Source of the DNA: Octopus vulgaris
Taxonomy: Eukaryota
DNA length: 64,000 nt
Assembly (NCBI GenBank): GCA_951406725.2
Contig: OX597816.1
Location: 47,182,001 to 47,246,000, forward strand
Direction: 5' to 3'
Below the pieces are notes generated by a model that saw only the letters and a list, made by a program, of their open reading frames with translations, was not told where the DNA came from and ran no database searches. The position numbers were made by a program, and so were the translations under genes. Positions 36,723 to 49,259 of this stretch are shown here, in pieces (position 1 is the first letter of the stretch; each line of letters starts with the position of its first letter).

Positions 36723-37477
36723 AAAAAAGATTGTTGCTCAGCAACTGCTCTTTCGACAACATCATGTTGGCTGTTTGTGGCGCGCACAACATCTGCGTAC
36801 CTCCGCTTTGGGGCAGGTGGTGCGTGGTCCATCCCTTTTCTTTGTGTTGATGGTTTGTCCATCTGCCTCGTGTCTCTGTGGCAGGGTCCCCGATGTGCAA
36901 AGCGGCAGCCTGCACCTTCCTTTCCATGCCAGCAGGAACCTCTCAGGTAGAACATACACACCCGTGTGCGCTGTTTGGTTCCATCCTTTGCGGTTCCACT
37001 TCTATTTCTGGTTGTTTCACTCTTTGGTCCTGCTTGAGCTTTTTCTTTTCCTTTAGCTCTTCCAGTCCTTCTTTTAGTTCTTCTTCCTCCCTCTACCTCT
37101 TCACCGGGTTCTCCGTCTCCATGGCCCTTGCTGCCGGTTTGAGAACTTGCACCTGGGTTCACTTCCCGGGCAGGTTTCTCATTCAAAACCTCCTCCCGGG
37201 CGTCCACCAGGTGGGGGTGACTTCTTTCATCGTCTCCATTCTTGCCATCTTTGCCCCGCTCGTTCTCAAAGATGGCATCAAGTGCGCCAATGTGCGACCG
37301 TACAAGCGCATATGAGCGCACGAATTCCTGTCTCTTTCGCTCCATCTGAGCCGCTGTCCTCTTGTAGCCTCTGCTCTTCAGCGCAGCCGCAATCACCTCC
37401 CTAGGGCTATCTCCGCCGGCGCACTCCCATGCTCGTACGAATAAATCCAGCTCGTCACGTCTCCATGCTCTGGACAT
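36566..37477 (-). CDS. LINE ORF1: Myb/SANT (trihelix)-like N-terminus, charged linker, CCCH zinc finger, possible coiled coil
   Basis: ATG-initiated 303-aa ORF directly upstream of and overlapping ORF2. Motifs: WRRDELDLFVRAW...IAAALKSRGYKRTAAQMERKRQEFVRSY and C-x7-C-x8-C-x3-H (CMFYLRGSCWHGKEGAGCRFAH). Confidence 0.85.
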   Translation of the reverse strand: MSRAWRRDELDLFVRAWECAGGDSPREVIAAALKSRGYKRTAAQMERKRQEFVRSYALVRSHIGALDAIFENERGKDGKNGDDERSHPHLVDAREEVLNEKPAREVNPGASSQTGSKGHGDGEPGEEVEGGRRTKRRTGRAKGKEKAQAGPKSETTRNRSGTAKDGTKQRTRVCMFYLRGSCWHGKEGAGCRFAHRGPCHRDTRQMDKPSTQRKGMDHAPPAPKRRYADVVRATNSQHDVVERAVAEQQSFLCMAQKIVQQLTWLHQTQARRWDYPLYTRPPQQTDTGWTPPATTYTSPRYSY

Positions 37478-37537
37478 GCTGGATAATCCGTCTATCCGTT
37501 TATCTATCTAATTATGTTCGAGAGAAGACAGGAAGAT

Positions 37538-38710
37538 ATTAAGGCTAATTAGAAGATAGAGTACTTGAAAAAGAAATATTAACAATATTAAAGTTTGTGT
37601 AAAAACGTTATTTGGGTAAAAACGTTATTTAATCTTAAGGCTAATTAGGGGATAGAGTATCTGAAAATGTATTAGCAATATTAATATTATGTTAGAGTGT
37701 GGATAAAAACGTTGTTTAATCTTAAGGCTAATTAGGAGATAGAGTATCTAAAAATATATTAGCAATATTAATATTATATTAGAGTGTGGGTAAAAAAAAA
37801 AAACGTTATTTAATCTTAAGGCTAATTTGGAGATAGAGTATCTGAAAATATATTAGCAATATTAATATTATATTAGAGTGTGGGTAATATTAAACGTTAT
37901 TTAATTTAATCTTAAGGCTAATTAGAAGATAGAGTATCTGAAAAATTATATATACAATATTAAGCAATATTAACCGTTATTTAATTTAATCTTAAGGCTA
38001 ATTAGAAGATAGAGTATCTGAAAATATATTAGCAATATTAATATTATATTAGAGTGTGGATAAAAACGTTATTTAATCTTAAGGCTAATCAGGAGATAGA
38101 GTATCTGAAAATATATTAGCAATGTAAATATTATATTAGAGTGTGGGTAATATTAAACGTTATTTAATTTAATCTTAAGGCTAATTAGAAGATAGAGTAT
38201 CTGAAGAATTATTAACAATATTAAACGTTATTTAATTTAATCTTAAGGCTAATTAACAATAATTATTAACAATATTAAACAATATTAAACGTTATTTAAT
38301 TTAATCCTAAGGCTAATTAACAATAATTATTAACAATATTAAACAATATTAAACGTTATTTAATTTAATCTTAAGGCTAATTAACAGTAATTATTAACAA
38401 TATTAAACAATATTAAACGTTATTTAATTTAATCCTAATGCTAATTAGACGTTATTAATATTAAACGTTATTTAATTTAATCTTAGGGCTAATTAGAAGA
38501 TAGAGTATCTGAAAGATTATTAACAATATTAAAACAATATTAAACGTTATTTAATTTAATCTTAAGGCTAATTAACAATAATTATTAACAATATTAAACA
38601 ATATTAAACGTTATTTAATTTAATCCTAAGGCTAATTTGACGGTATCAATATTAAACGTTATTTAATTTAATCTTAAGGCTAATTAGAAGATAGAGTATC
38701 TGGAAAATTA
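37538..38710. repeat. Modular tandem array (16 cores) in the putative LINE 5'UTR
   Basis: The core aaacgttattt(aattt)aatcttaaggctaatt recurs 16 times at ~48-96 bp spacing, separated by combinations of a few modules. Confidence 0.92.
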
Positions 38711-39157
38711 TTATATCGAGAACAGATATTGAAAATGTAAACAAACAAAATGACGATCGCAACTTTAACTAAGATGTGGGCCTAAGTGAAAGATAAAATA
38801 GAATAATAAATAAAATATGAAATAGATGAAATTGATACTTAATCCAACAATGTGGTCTGGATTATTTTTCTTGGTTTACGGGATTTTTTTCAGGAGAGAT
38901 ACTTCTTTTTCTTTCTTGCAGGAGATAACTTGATTCAGTTATTTTTGCACCATGTGCGTTTCGGCGAAAATGAAAATTACTGTGTATATGTATATATTTA
39001 TATATATATATTTTAAAATATTTTTAACCAAAGTGTTGTAGTGATCTCTATGACTTAGAGTTTTACGTTTTGCAACTACAGTGGGTTATTTCGCCGTTCT
39101 ATGCAAACTTTTTCACAGAGCAAAGGCAATCACGTCTTTCTCTGCGGAAAATGGAAC

Positions 39158-39219
<62 letters not shown>

Positions 39220-39569
39220 TATATATAATCATGTATGTGTATGTGTGTGTAAGCTCATTTATTATCATTGTACAGTTTCTTTGCAAGGGAGAGAAGTCTT
39301 ATTGGAAATAATTTTAATTTCCTTCTCTTTTATTAATGAAATTGAATTGTATACATCATACTAGTATATACTTTCTTTAATCTAATTTCAATTCTATCAT
39401 AATATTTTCTCTCAGTAATGGCAGATAGAACTGTGTCAACATGATTGTGTTTCATCAGTGCAAACTAATTAGTATGACATTAATTATATTACACTTGGGT
39501 AAGAATTAAAAAAGTTAAAAAAATGAAAATTGGCAGATATAGATTGTTAATTAGATACCTAGAAACATT

Positions 39570-40261
<692 letters not shown>

Positions 40262-40814
40262 CATCTGTTTTTCATCACTCATCGTTTTTCTACTTGACCA
40301 GTGCATAGGTAAGACATCATTGTTTAATGTCCATTTTCCATGCTGGAATAGGTTGAATAGTTCGACTGGGGCTTGGGAAGCCAGGAGGCTGCACCAGGCT
40401 CCAGTCTGATCTGGTAGTACTTCTACAGCCGGATGCCCTTCCTAACGCCAACCACTCTGAGAGTGTAGTGGGTGCTGTTTTTACGTGCCACCAGCACAGG
40501 GGCCAATTTCCTGCCTAGTACTCATTTCAGATCCCCAGTTTATCTTTTCTCTTTTCATTCTTTTCTTTCCTTCTAACTTCCTTCCCTCCACCCCATCTCT
40601 CTATCCTTCTCCTGAGCCTTCTCATTGAACACAAACACCACTATTTTCTTCCTTTTTTTGTTAGTTTTTGTCATGTAGTGTCCCACACTTTGAAATACTT
40701 GCAATTTGCATTTTTACTGCTTATTTTAGATCTGCTTGATACATTTCCAAAATTAAACATTTTAATATGCAAAATATACTTCACATTATTATATATACTA
40801 TGCATTAATGCAAA

Positions 40815-41289
40815 AAATATTGTGTTTATTGGCTATCTTCAAAATGATCACACCATCAATGGAAAATTTCAATACCAACTTCCTAAGGCAGTTATGAAAG
40901 GCTATCAAGACCAAACACCCAGAAAAACTGATGAATGGGGTCTTGTTTCATTAGGACAATGCTTCAGCACACAAGTCCTTGGTTTCAATGGCTGCTGTGT
41001 GAGACTGGCTTTGAACTGGTTGATCATCCTCCCTATGTTAGTGATTTGGTTCCTTCTGGTTATCATCTGCTTCCCAACATAGAAAAACACTCAGCTGAGC
41101 ACCAGTATCACTATGATGAGAACATCTTATCTGCTGTTGATGACCATTTTGATCAACAGAAAAGCACTGCAACTACTAATGGAAGTGTGTGGACAGTAAG
41201 AGGAACTATGTTAGAAAATGAACTTCATTTGGTCACATTCCATTGAGAGTGTCTTGCTCAGATTATGAACATTTCAGCCGACCCTCATA
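40815..41289 (+). pseudogene. Degenerate mariner transposase 3' half
   Basis: IVFIGYLQNDHTING and GFELVDHPPYVSDLVPSGYHLLPN (YSPDLAPSD-like); frameshifted. Confidence 0.75.
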
Positions 41290-41570
41290 ATAATAAAAAT
41301 TATTACTATACCTGTATTTGTTTTAATGTTAACATTGGAAAAATCCACATTTTTCATTAAAAAATTAGGACCTGGGTTTGTACCCCCTTAGCAAATTTTG
41401 TTGCTGGGCGACTGTATCTATCTATATATATGTAATATATAAAGCACGATTTATTTGTGATTAGAGGCGTTTGTAAACCGAGGTACTACTGTGTTAAATG
41501 AATATGAGAAAGAGAGAAGATAAAGCATCATTTATTCATGATTAGAGTTGTTCAAAAACTGAGGTACTAC

Positions 41571-41619
<49 letters not shown>

Positions 41620-41947
41620 TCTCCGTGTCGGTGGCACGTAAAAAGCACCATCCGAATCGTGGCCGAAGCCAGTGCCGCCTCGACTGGCTTCCGTGCATGT
41701 GGCACGTAAAATGCACCAATCTGACCGTGGCCAATGCCAGCCTCGCCTGGCACCAGTGCAGGTGGCACGTAAAAAGCACCCACTACACTCACGGAGTGGT
41801 TGGCGTTAGGAAGGGCATCCAGCTGTAGAAACATAGCCAGATAAGACTGGAGCCTCGTGCAGCCTTCTGGCTTCCCAGATCCCCGGTCGAACCGTCCAAC
41901 CCATGCTAGCATGGAGAACGGACGTTAAACGATGATGATGATGATGA

Positions 41948-41950
<3 letters not shown>
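41620..41950 (+). mobile_element. Retroposon family with (GAT)n tail (probable SINE or LINE 3' end)
   Basis: ...gtccaacccatgctagcatgga.aacggacgttaaacgatgatgat; other copies at 53580-53930 (+), 23290-23510 (-), 40315-40505 (-) and 994-1075 (-). Confidence 0.75.
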
Positions 41951-42027
<77 letters not shown>

Positions 42028-42367
42028 CCCATAGATACATGATGTGTAGAATAAGATTCAGAGTATCATGTGGCTATCACTGCAAGCTCCTCTTGTAGAC
42101 TTTGATATCAGTCTGTGTAGTAACCAATCAATCAAATACAATATAGTGCAATGCAAATTAACCATGTAACTGAAAATCCAGAATATTCAAGCGATAAAAT
42201 TATTCTGTGAGGAAAATATAAAAACATAACATAAAGTTTGGAGGTATGTGACTTCCATAGAATAATGTACATTTTGCAACCTCCTTCAAGTTGTATTACC
42301 TTCAGTACAAGAAATTATGCATAGTTGCACACTTCAATATGTATGCTGATATATATATATGCATGTA

Positions 42368-42625
42368 CAGTCATGGCCAAAAGTTTGGAACATAGGTCTG
42401 AAAATTAGAAGTTTTATATTAAATGCCCAAAGTTATATTAAAAGTAAGCAATTTGGTCTAGAGTTATATTTTTGATTTTGACTATGTTTTTTTTCAAGAT
42501 ATCGAACCAATGGATCAGTTATTAGGTAAGTATATCTCTATGGTGTATATATTTGAATTGAATTGTACTTGTGGCATGATAATCTTAATTTTAAAAAAAA
42601 TGTTCCAAAATTACGGTCATGACTG
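42368..42625. mobile_element. Tc1-like MITE
   Basis: TA|CAGTCATGGCCAAAAGTTTGGAACA...TGTTCCAAAATTACGGTCATGACTG|TA. Confidence 0.8.
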
Positions 42626-42755
42626 TACATACATTTATGAGGTGGAATGCTGTAAAGTTCCAAGCTTTAAGAGTATCATGAAAGTCCATATATGGGGTAT
42701 GTGTATGTGTATATATAAATGTAAATACATAAGCAGATATGCGTGTGTATGTGTG

Positions 42756-42797
<42 letters not shown>

Positions 42798-43690
42798 CGT
42801 GTGTGCATGCATGTGTGTATGCACGTGTTTGTGAGAGGGTATGTATGTACATGTATATATGTATGTATATGTATGCATGTATGGTATCTATATATTTATG
42901 CATATGTGTACATGTGTGTGTGTATGTATGCATATGTTTGTATGTATGTGTATATATATAAATGTATATATGTGAGTATACTCCTCTGAATATGCATGTG
43001 GACCAAAACAGTATTACGAACATTCAAGAGGACCACCTGATTATTGCACTGGATTTAGACCAATCATAACAACAACAACACTAGCACAAATATCAGCTAC
43101 AGTGACTCCATCGAAAAAACTGGAACTGATCAATTTCTGTTTTTATAAGAATGCTGTTATCTCTGAGAATAGATAGCACCCTTCCTATAAAAACAGAAAT
43201 GAATTACTTTAAATTACAAGCAACAGAAAACACAAATCAAATCTATGTCCATTGTCTTGGAAATGTCATGCTTGATATGCCTACTTAATCATTAAACCAC
43301 GCATGTTTTTAAATATGGTAAATAAAATATGGAAAGTTGCATAAATTTTTTAGGCTGAAATTAGTGAAACCAGATCCCAGTCAATTAAAATTGACCTCTT
43401 TTTCTATACTGCAAAAAACTCTATAGCTGCAAAACTTAAAAATGTATATATTAAGCCTTTTTCTTTACAAAGGACTCAAAGCCATTAACGACACCTTCTT
43501 CTTCCTTGTTCTCTTTCATCTTTCTCGCTTTTGTAATATATGTTTATATAAATTACATATACCTTATGAATATGTATACCAATATAATTTCAGTTGAACT
43601 ATGAACATTTATTCTGTGATTATGTATATTCATATTTTTATTTTTCATTCATATAAAATATATATTTTTCATTCATATTTTTCATTCATA

Positions 43691-44108
43691 GGCGCAGGAG
43701 TGGCTGTGTGGTAAGTAGCTTGTTTACCAACCACATGGTTCCGGGTTCAGTCCCACTGCGTGGCACCTTGGGCAAGTGTCTTCTACTATAGCCTTGGGCC
43801 GACCAAAGCCTTGTGAGTGGATTTGGTAGATAGAAACTGAAAGAAGCCCGTCGTATATATGTATATATATATATATATGCGTGTGTGTTTGTGTGTCTGT
43901 GTTTGTCCCCCTAGCATTGCTTGACAACCGATGCTGGTGTGTTTATGTCCCCATTACTTAGCGGTTCGGCAAAAGAGACCAATAGAAAAAGTACTGGGCT
44001 TACAAAAGAATAAGTCCCGGGGTCGAGTTGTTCAATTAAAGGCAGTGCTCCAGCATGGCCACAATCAAATGACTGAAACAAATAAAAGAGTAAAAGAGTA
44101 AAGAGTAT
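43691..44108 (+). mobile_element. Full-length reference copy of the dominant tRNA-derived SINE
   Basis: A box TGGCTGTGTGG, B-box-like GGTTCAGTCCC, central caccttgggcaagtgtctt, internal microsatellite, 3' ggcagtgctccagcatggcc stem-loop and a (TAAAAGAG)n tail. Confidence 0.9.
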
Positions 44109-44199
44109 AAACACATAGAATAAAATTATTCTTCACTTATGTTAAAAAGTTAAACATGCATTAATTACAATGTATATATATATATACACACACACATAC

Positions 44200-44233
<34 letters not shown>

Positions 44234-44399
44234 ATGTATATTATACACACACACACATATATATATATACATATATTTATATACATATATATATATATAA
44301 AACTTACTTGGAGAAGAAGAAAAAGAAAAAGGAAAAGAAAACGATGTGAGCGTTCAATCATATAATAACAATTTAATAAATAAAACATATACATACATA

Positions 44400-44925
44400 C
44401 ATACATATATGTACATACCTACATCTATATATATATATACATGCATATATGAGTACAGGACACCACAAATAAATGTAGAACACAACGAGAAATGAAAACA
44501 TAAAATCAAACAAGGAAATGGACTTTTTTTTAACAACGAAAAAACAGAGTACAAGACAAACAATACAAGGAATATTCCCCTTCATCAGCTGCCCTTGTTT
44601 TGACTCAATGCGTGTTTCGAAGGTAAGGGCAGAACACGATCCGGCTGAAGCAGTCCTTCCTGCAAATTGAATTAAATAAAATTCTTTTGCAGAGGGGGAA
44701 GAAAAGTGACAAGAACAGGACGTAAAAGCAATACAAATGAAGAAAAAAACAGTACAAATAAAGAATAAAAACAGGACAAGGAAACCAACAATAAGGGCTT
44801 TTTTTAAAACCTAGACGGTGGAAAAATTCGACTGTTTTTTTTCTTAATTTGTATTGCTTTTACGTCCTGTTCTTGTCACTTTTTTTACCCCTCTGCAAAA
44901 GAATTTTATTTAATTCATTTTGCAG
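44400..44925. mobile_element. Probable Penelope-like terminal remnant with inverted duplication
   Basis: ~78-bp inverted arms at 44661-44738 and 44847-44924; CTGATGA on the minus strand at ~44582-44588. The family assignment is inference. Confidence 0.45.
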
Positions 44926-45384
44926 AGTGTACTGAGTGTACCTATCATAGCACTGGCAATAATGGAGTTGTTATGTCTTCAACAAAACTAAAATGTTTCC
45001 ACAATCATAAGCTTAAAATGTACATATTATCATGGCACTAGCTCCAGAGAGGATAGGAGCAACAGACTGATAGACTTCAAGAGATGGATAAATAGTTAGA
45101 GTGAATGATAAATGTTGATACCAAATTGTCAGTGGGGAAATATAAGTTGAGTGTATGAAGTGTCTACAGATCTGATGAGGATCCTTAAGTACATACCTCA
45201 AGAGAGTGAGAGTGTTAGTAAGATAAAGAAGAGAGAGCTGGGAATGGAGTGCTGGAGTGCTGGAGAGAGGGTTAGACATATCCTGTGCCATCCCTAGTTA
45301 CACTAGAAACAATATATGGTTAACTGATATATTGTTTCTAGTGTAACTAGGGATGACACAGGATCTGTCTAACCCTCTCTCCAA

Positions 45385-45613
45385 AGGCGGCAAGCTGGCA
45401 GAAACGTTAGCATGCCGGGCGAGATGCTTAGCAGTATTTCGTCTGCCGCTACGTTCTGAGTTCAAATTCCGCCGAGGTCGACTTTGCCTTTCATGCTTTC
45501 GGGGTCGATAAATTAAGTACCAGTGAAACACTGGGGTCGATATAATCGACTTAATCCCTTTGTCCGTCCTTGTTTGTCCCCTCTGTGTTTAGCCCCTTGT
45601 GAGTAGTAAAGAA
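45385..45613 (+). mobile_element. Second SINE family, full copy
   Basis: aggcggcaagctggcagaaacgttagc...gagttcaaattccgccgagg...ccccttgtgagtagtaaagaaa. Confidence 0.85.
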
Positions 45614-46733
45614 ATATATATGGTTAACTGAGAGATCCACTTCTAGAGTGGTGTCAAGAAGGGAGGTAAATATGGTTGTGATTAGGTGTCAGGATGCAGC
45701 TTCAAGGTGACATGTCCAAGAGGATAGATATAAGAGAGTGTGGAGACAAGAGAATCAGAAACGATGAATAAAGTTGCAAGTGTGTGAGCATAGAGATAAG
45801 GATAAGTGTAAACAGAGAGTGGGGTGGTCAGATGTATATAGGGGTGAATGTAGTGATTAGTAAACTGGGGGTGATAAATATGAGTAGAGAGGATGATGAT
45901 AATGATAAACTGATGTCAATTGGGAATAGCACACACATATATATTATATTATACTGTATATGTTTGTATATGTAATGTTTATGTACATAAACAGACTAGA
46001 GTTGACCTGATCGGTTATGTTGCTCCTCCATCTTGGGTAAATAAAAGTAAGAAAAAAGAAATGTGGCAGCCATTTTGACTAACAAAGAAATCATTAAATT
46101 TAATAAGTAAATAAATATAACAGCTGAAGAATGTGCTATAAAAGAACTAACAGACATAATTCGTGTCTATTAAAGATTTTTTTGGAGGCAATGAATGCAA
46201 GCACACTACTGCTGCTGACACCTTCAACAATCACAATCAACATCACCATCATGATGATAAAGGAAAAAGGCAAAAGCTATGGAAAAGTATTTTAAAGTCT
46301 TCTTTTACAATCCATTCTGAAAATGAACAATAAAACTAGGGTTAAAAGAAGGAAAGAAAAAAAAAAGAAAGAAAAATCGCTGCTTTATCTAACTTACCCC
46401 ATCCCTGCACATTAAAAGAAAAAAAATATCTCACACGAAAATATATATGAAATAGTTTATGTAGGGTGAAGTTAAGGCATTTGTTGATTCTCTGAGTAGA
46501 TTATTATTTGGCACTATTATATGTTATTTTTTTTTTTTACCAATCATTTCTATTTAATGAGATCAGTATGGTAGTTATGGTAGTTATCTTACCATGACAT
46601 ACGGCCATTAAAGCTAAGTTTGAACTATTTGATTTTGATTTTCTCTTCTTTTTCTTCTCTTTCCTTCTCATTTATTCACATCTCTCTCACAAGATTATTT
46701 GAAGTTTACATACATGCACACACACATACATAC

Positions 46734-46781
<48 letters not shown>

Positions 46782-46832
46782 GTGTATGGGCATTTGTGTG
46801 TGTATATTTGTACATGTTCATCTGTGTGTCTA

Positions 46833-46870
<38 letters not shown>

Positions 46871-46921
46871 GTGTATGGGCATTTGTGTGTGTATATTTGT
46901 ACATGTTCATCTGTGTGTCTA

Positions 46922-46972
<51 letters not shown>

Positions 46973-47965
46973 GTATGTATATATATGTACATATATGTGT
47001 ATCCATATACGTATATGTATATATACATACACACACATGCACACATGTATATATGTATAAATATATATATATATGTATAATATATATTTAAATATATGTA
47101 TGTATAATATATAATTATATATATATATATATATGTGTGTGTGTATATATACACACACATACTCACACATATATATACATGCACACACACACACACACAC
47201 ACACACATACTCGCATGTATATATGCATGCACATGTACACACAGATGCATATATGTTGGGGCAGTATGCTGGACTGATTAAGAAGTTTGTTTTGCAGTCA
47301 TGAAGCCTTTAGTTCAATCTCATACCATTGTAGCTTGGGGAAGTGAGTAATTTACTGTAACGTCAGATTGATCCATATATTATGAATGAAACTAGGTTGA
47401 CACAAACTGTATAGAAGCCTGTTAGATAGACTGTAGCTATAATTCAAGATGTCTAGATGTGTCAAATGATCATGCTGATTCTTACATTAATGGTACATAT
47501 GTCTGTGGAATACTCAGCCAGTTATATGTTAATTCGTTAATATAATGTGCAGATAATTCAGTTGATATGAAACAAGTGAATACTCATGGTCGGAAATTCT
47601 GACCAAGATCCATTCATACATACATACATACATACATACATACATACAAACATACATACATACATATATACATACATACAGGTGTAGGTGTGGCTGTGTG
47701 GTAAGAAGCTTGCTTCCCAACCACATAGTTCCTGGTTCAGTTTCACTGTGTGGCACATCGGGCAAGTGTTTTCTACTATAAACCTCGGGCCGACTAAAAT
47801 TTTGTGAGTGGATTTGGTAGAGAGAAACTGAAAGAAACCGGTCATGAATATATATATATTTATATATAGGAGGAAGCTTTACGAAAATAAACAAAAGACG
47901 AAGGCAGGTGGAGCACAAACAAACAATTGTATTAGTATGGCACTCAGGAATGGAAATAAAACAAG

Positions 47966-48003
47966 TCTTTTACGTTTCGAGCCTACGCTCTTCAACAGAA
48001 AGA
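47966..48003 (-). ncRNA. Minimal type I hammerhead ribozyme motif in a short insert (~47865-48070) that splits a SINE
   Basis: UCUUU-CUGUUGA-A-GAGC-GUAG-GCUC-GAAA-C-GUA-AAAGA: perfect 5-bp stem I, perfect 4-bp stem II, palindromic ACGU stem III. Core position A6 is U. Confidence 0.65.
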
Positions 48004-48067
48004 TACACAGAAAAGAAACACGGAGAGAAACAAGGAGAGAAAAAAATGCGTGCAGGAGCTAACGAAT

Positions 48068-48123
<56 letters not shown>

Positions 48124-48467
48124 TTGTGTGTGTGTATGTTTGTTTATCCCCTCACCATCACTTGACAACTTATGTTGGTGTGATTACGTGCCCATAAGTT
48201 AGCAGTTTGGCAAAAGAGACTGATAGAATAAGTATTAGGCTTACAAAGAATAAGTTCTGGGGTCAAATTGTTCTACTAAAGGCAGTGCTCCAACTAAAAG
48301 AATAAAAGAATATATACATACATGCATACATACATACATAAATACATACATGCATACATGCATACATACATACATACATACATACATACATACATACATA
48401 CATACATACACACACAAACATAGACAGACAATCAGACAGAGAGACAGACAGACACCCACACATCTCA

Positions 48468-48886
48468 GGTATGGCTGCATGATAAAATGCTTGCTTCCCA
48501 TCCACATGGTTCTCGGTTCAGTCCCACTGTGCGGTACCTCAATCAAGTGTCTTCTATAAGCCCAGTCCAATGAAAGCTCTGTAAGCAGATTTGGTAAATG
48601 GAAACTGAAAAAAAACACCCATCGTGTGCGTGTGTGTGTGTGTGTGTGTGCATGTGTGCGTGTGTGTGTGTTTATGTGTTTATGTGTTTGTGCTTGTCCA
48701 CCACCACTGTTCAACAACTTGTGTTGGTTTGTTTACATCATTATAACTTAATAGTTTGGCAAAATGAGAACTATAGAATAAATACTAGACTTAGAAAGAA
48801 ATAAGTACTAGACTGAATTGTTCAAATAAACCCTGCAAGGTGGCTCCCCAGTATGGCTGCAATCCGATGACTGAAACAAGTAAAAG

Positions 48887-48888
<2 letters not shown>
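48468..48888 (+). mobile_element. Dominant SINE, older copy
   Basis: Head, body and 3' end match 43691-44108, with more divergence. Confidence 0.8.
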
Positions 48889-48922
<34 letters not shown>

Positions 48923-49017
48923 TATATATACATACATACATATATATGTATATGTACACACACACACATTATATATACACACGTATATATATGTACATAC
49001 ACACAGACACAGACACA

Positions 49018-49069
<52 letters not shown>

Positions 49070-49143
49070 CATATATCAGACATTAAACGATGATGATGAT
49101 GATGATGATGATGATATATATATATGGTATATGTGTGTGTATG

Positions 49144-49259
<116 letters not shown>

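Larger units (their letters stand above)
33527..38984 (-). mobile_element. Apparently full-length non-LTR retrotransposon (APE-RT, CR1/L2-group-like)
   Basis: Putative 5'UTR with a tandem array, ORF1, overlapping ORF2, a short 3'UTR and an (AATC)6 tail. Both ends lie in TA-rich tracts, with a possible TSD tatatg at 33521-33526 and 38985-38990. The 5' boundary is inferred. Confidence 0.85.

Noticed and set aside
36496-37404. Antisense ORFs over LINE ORF1 (186, 145 and 85 aa)
   Set aside because: Expected shadows of GC-rich coding sequence, with no motifs.
37538-38710. CRISPR-like repeat-spacer array next to a reverse transcriptase
   Set aside because: The spacers are reshuffled copies of a few modules rather than unique sequences, there are no cas genes, and the context is a eukaryotic LINE.
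38900-38984. HDV-like ribozyme at the LINE 5' end
   Set aside because: Only two small hairpins are visible, and no nested double pseudoknot could be drawn.
43000-43150. Possible exon in unique-looking sequence
   Set aside because: No good acceptor/donor pair and no recognisable peptide.
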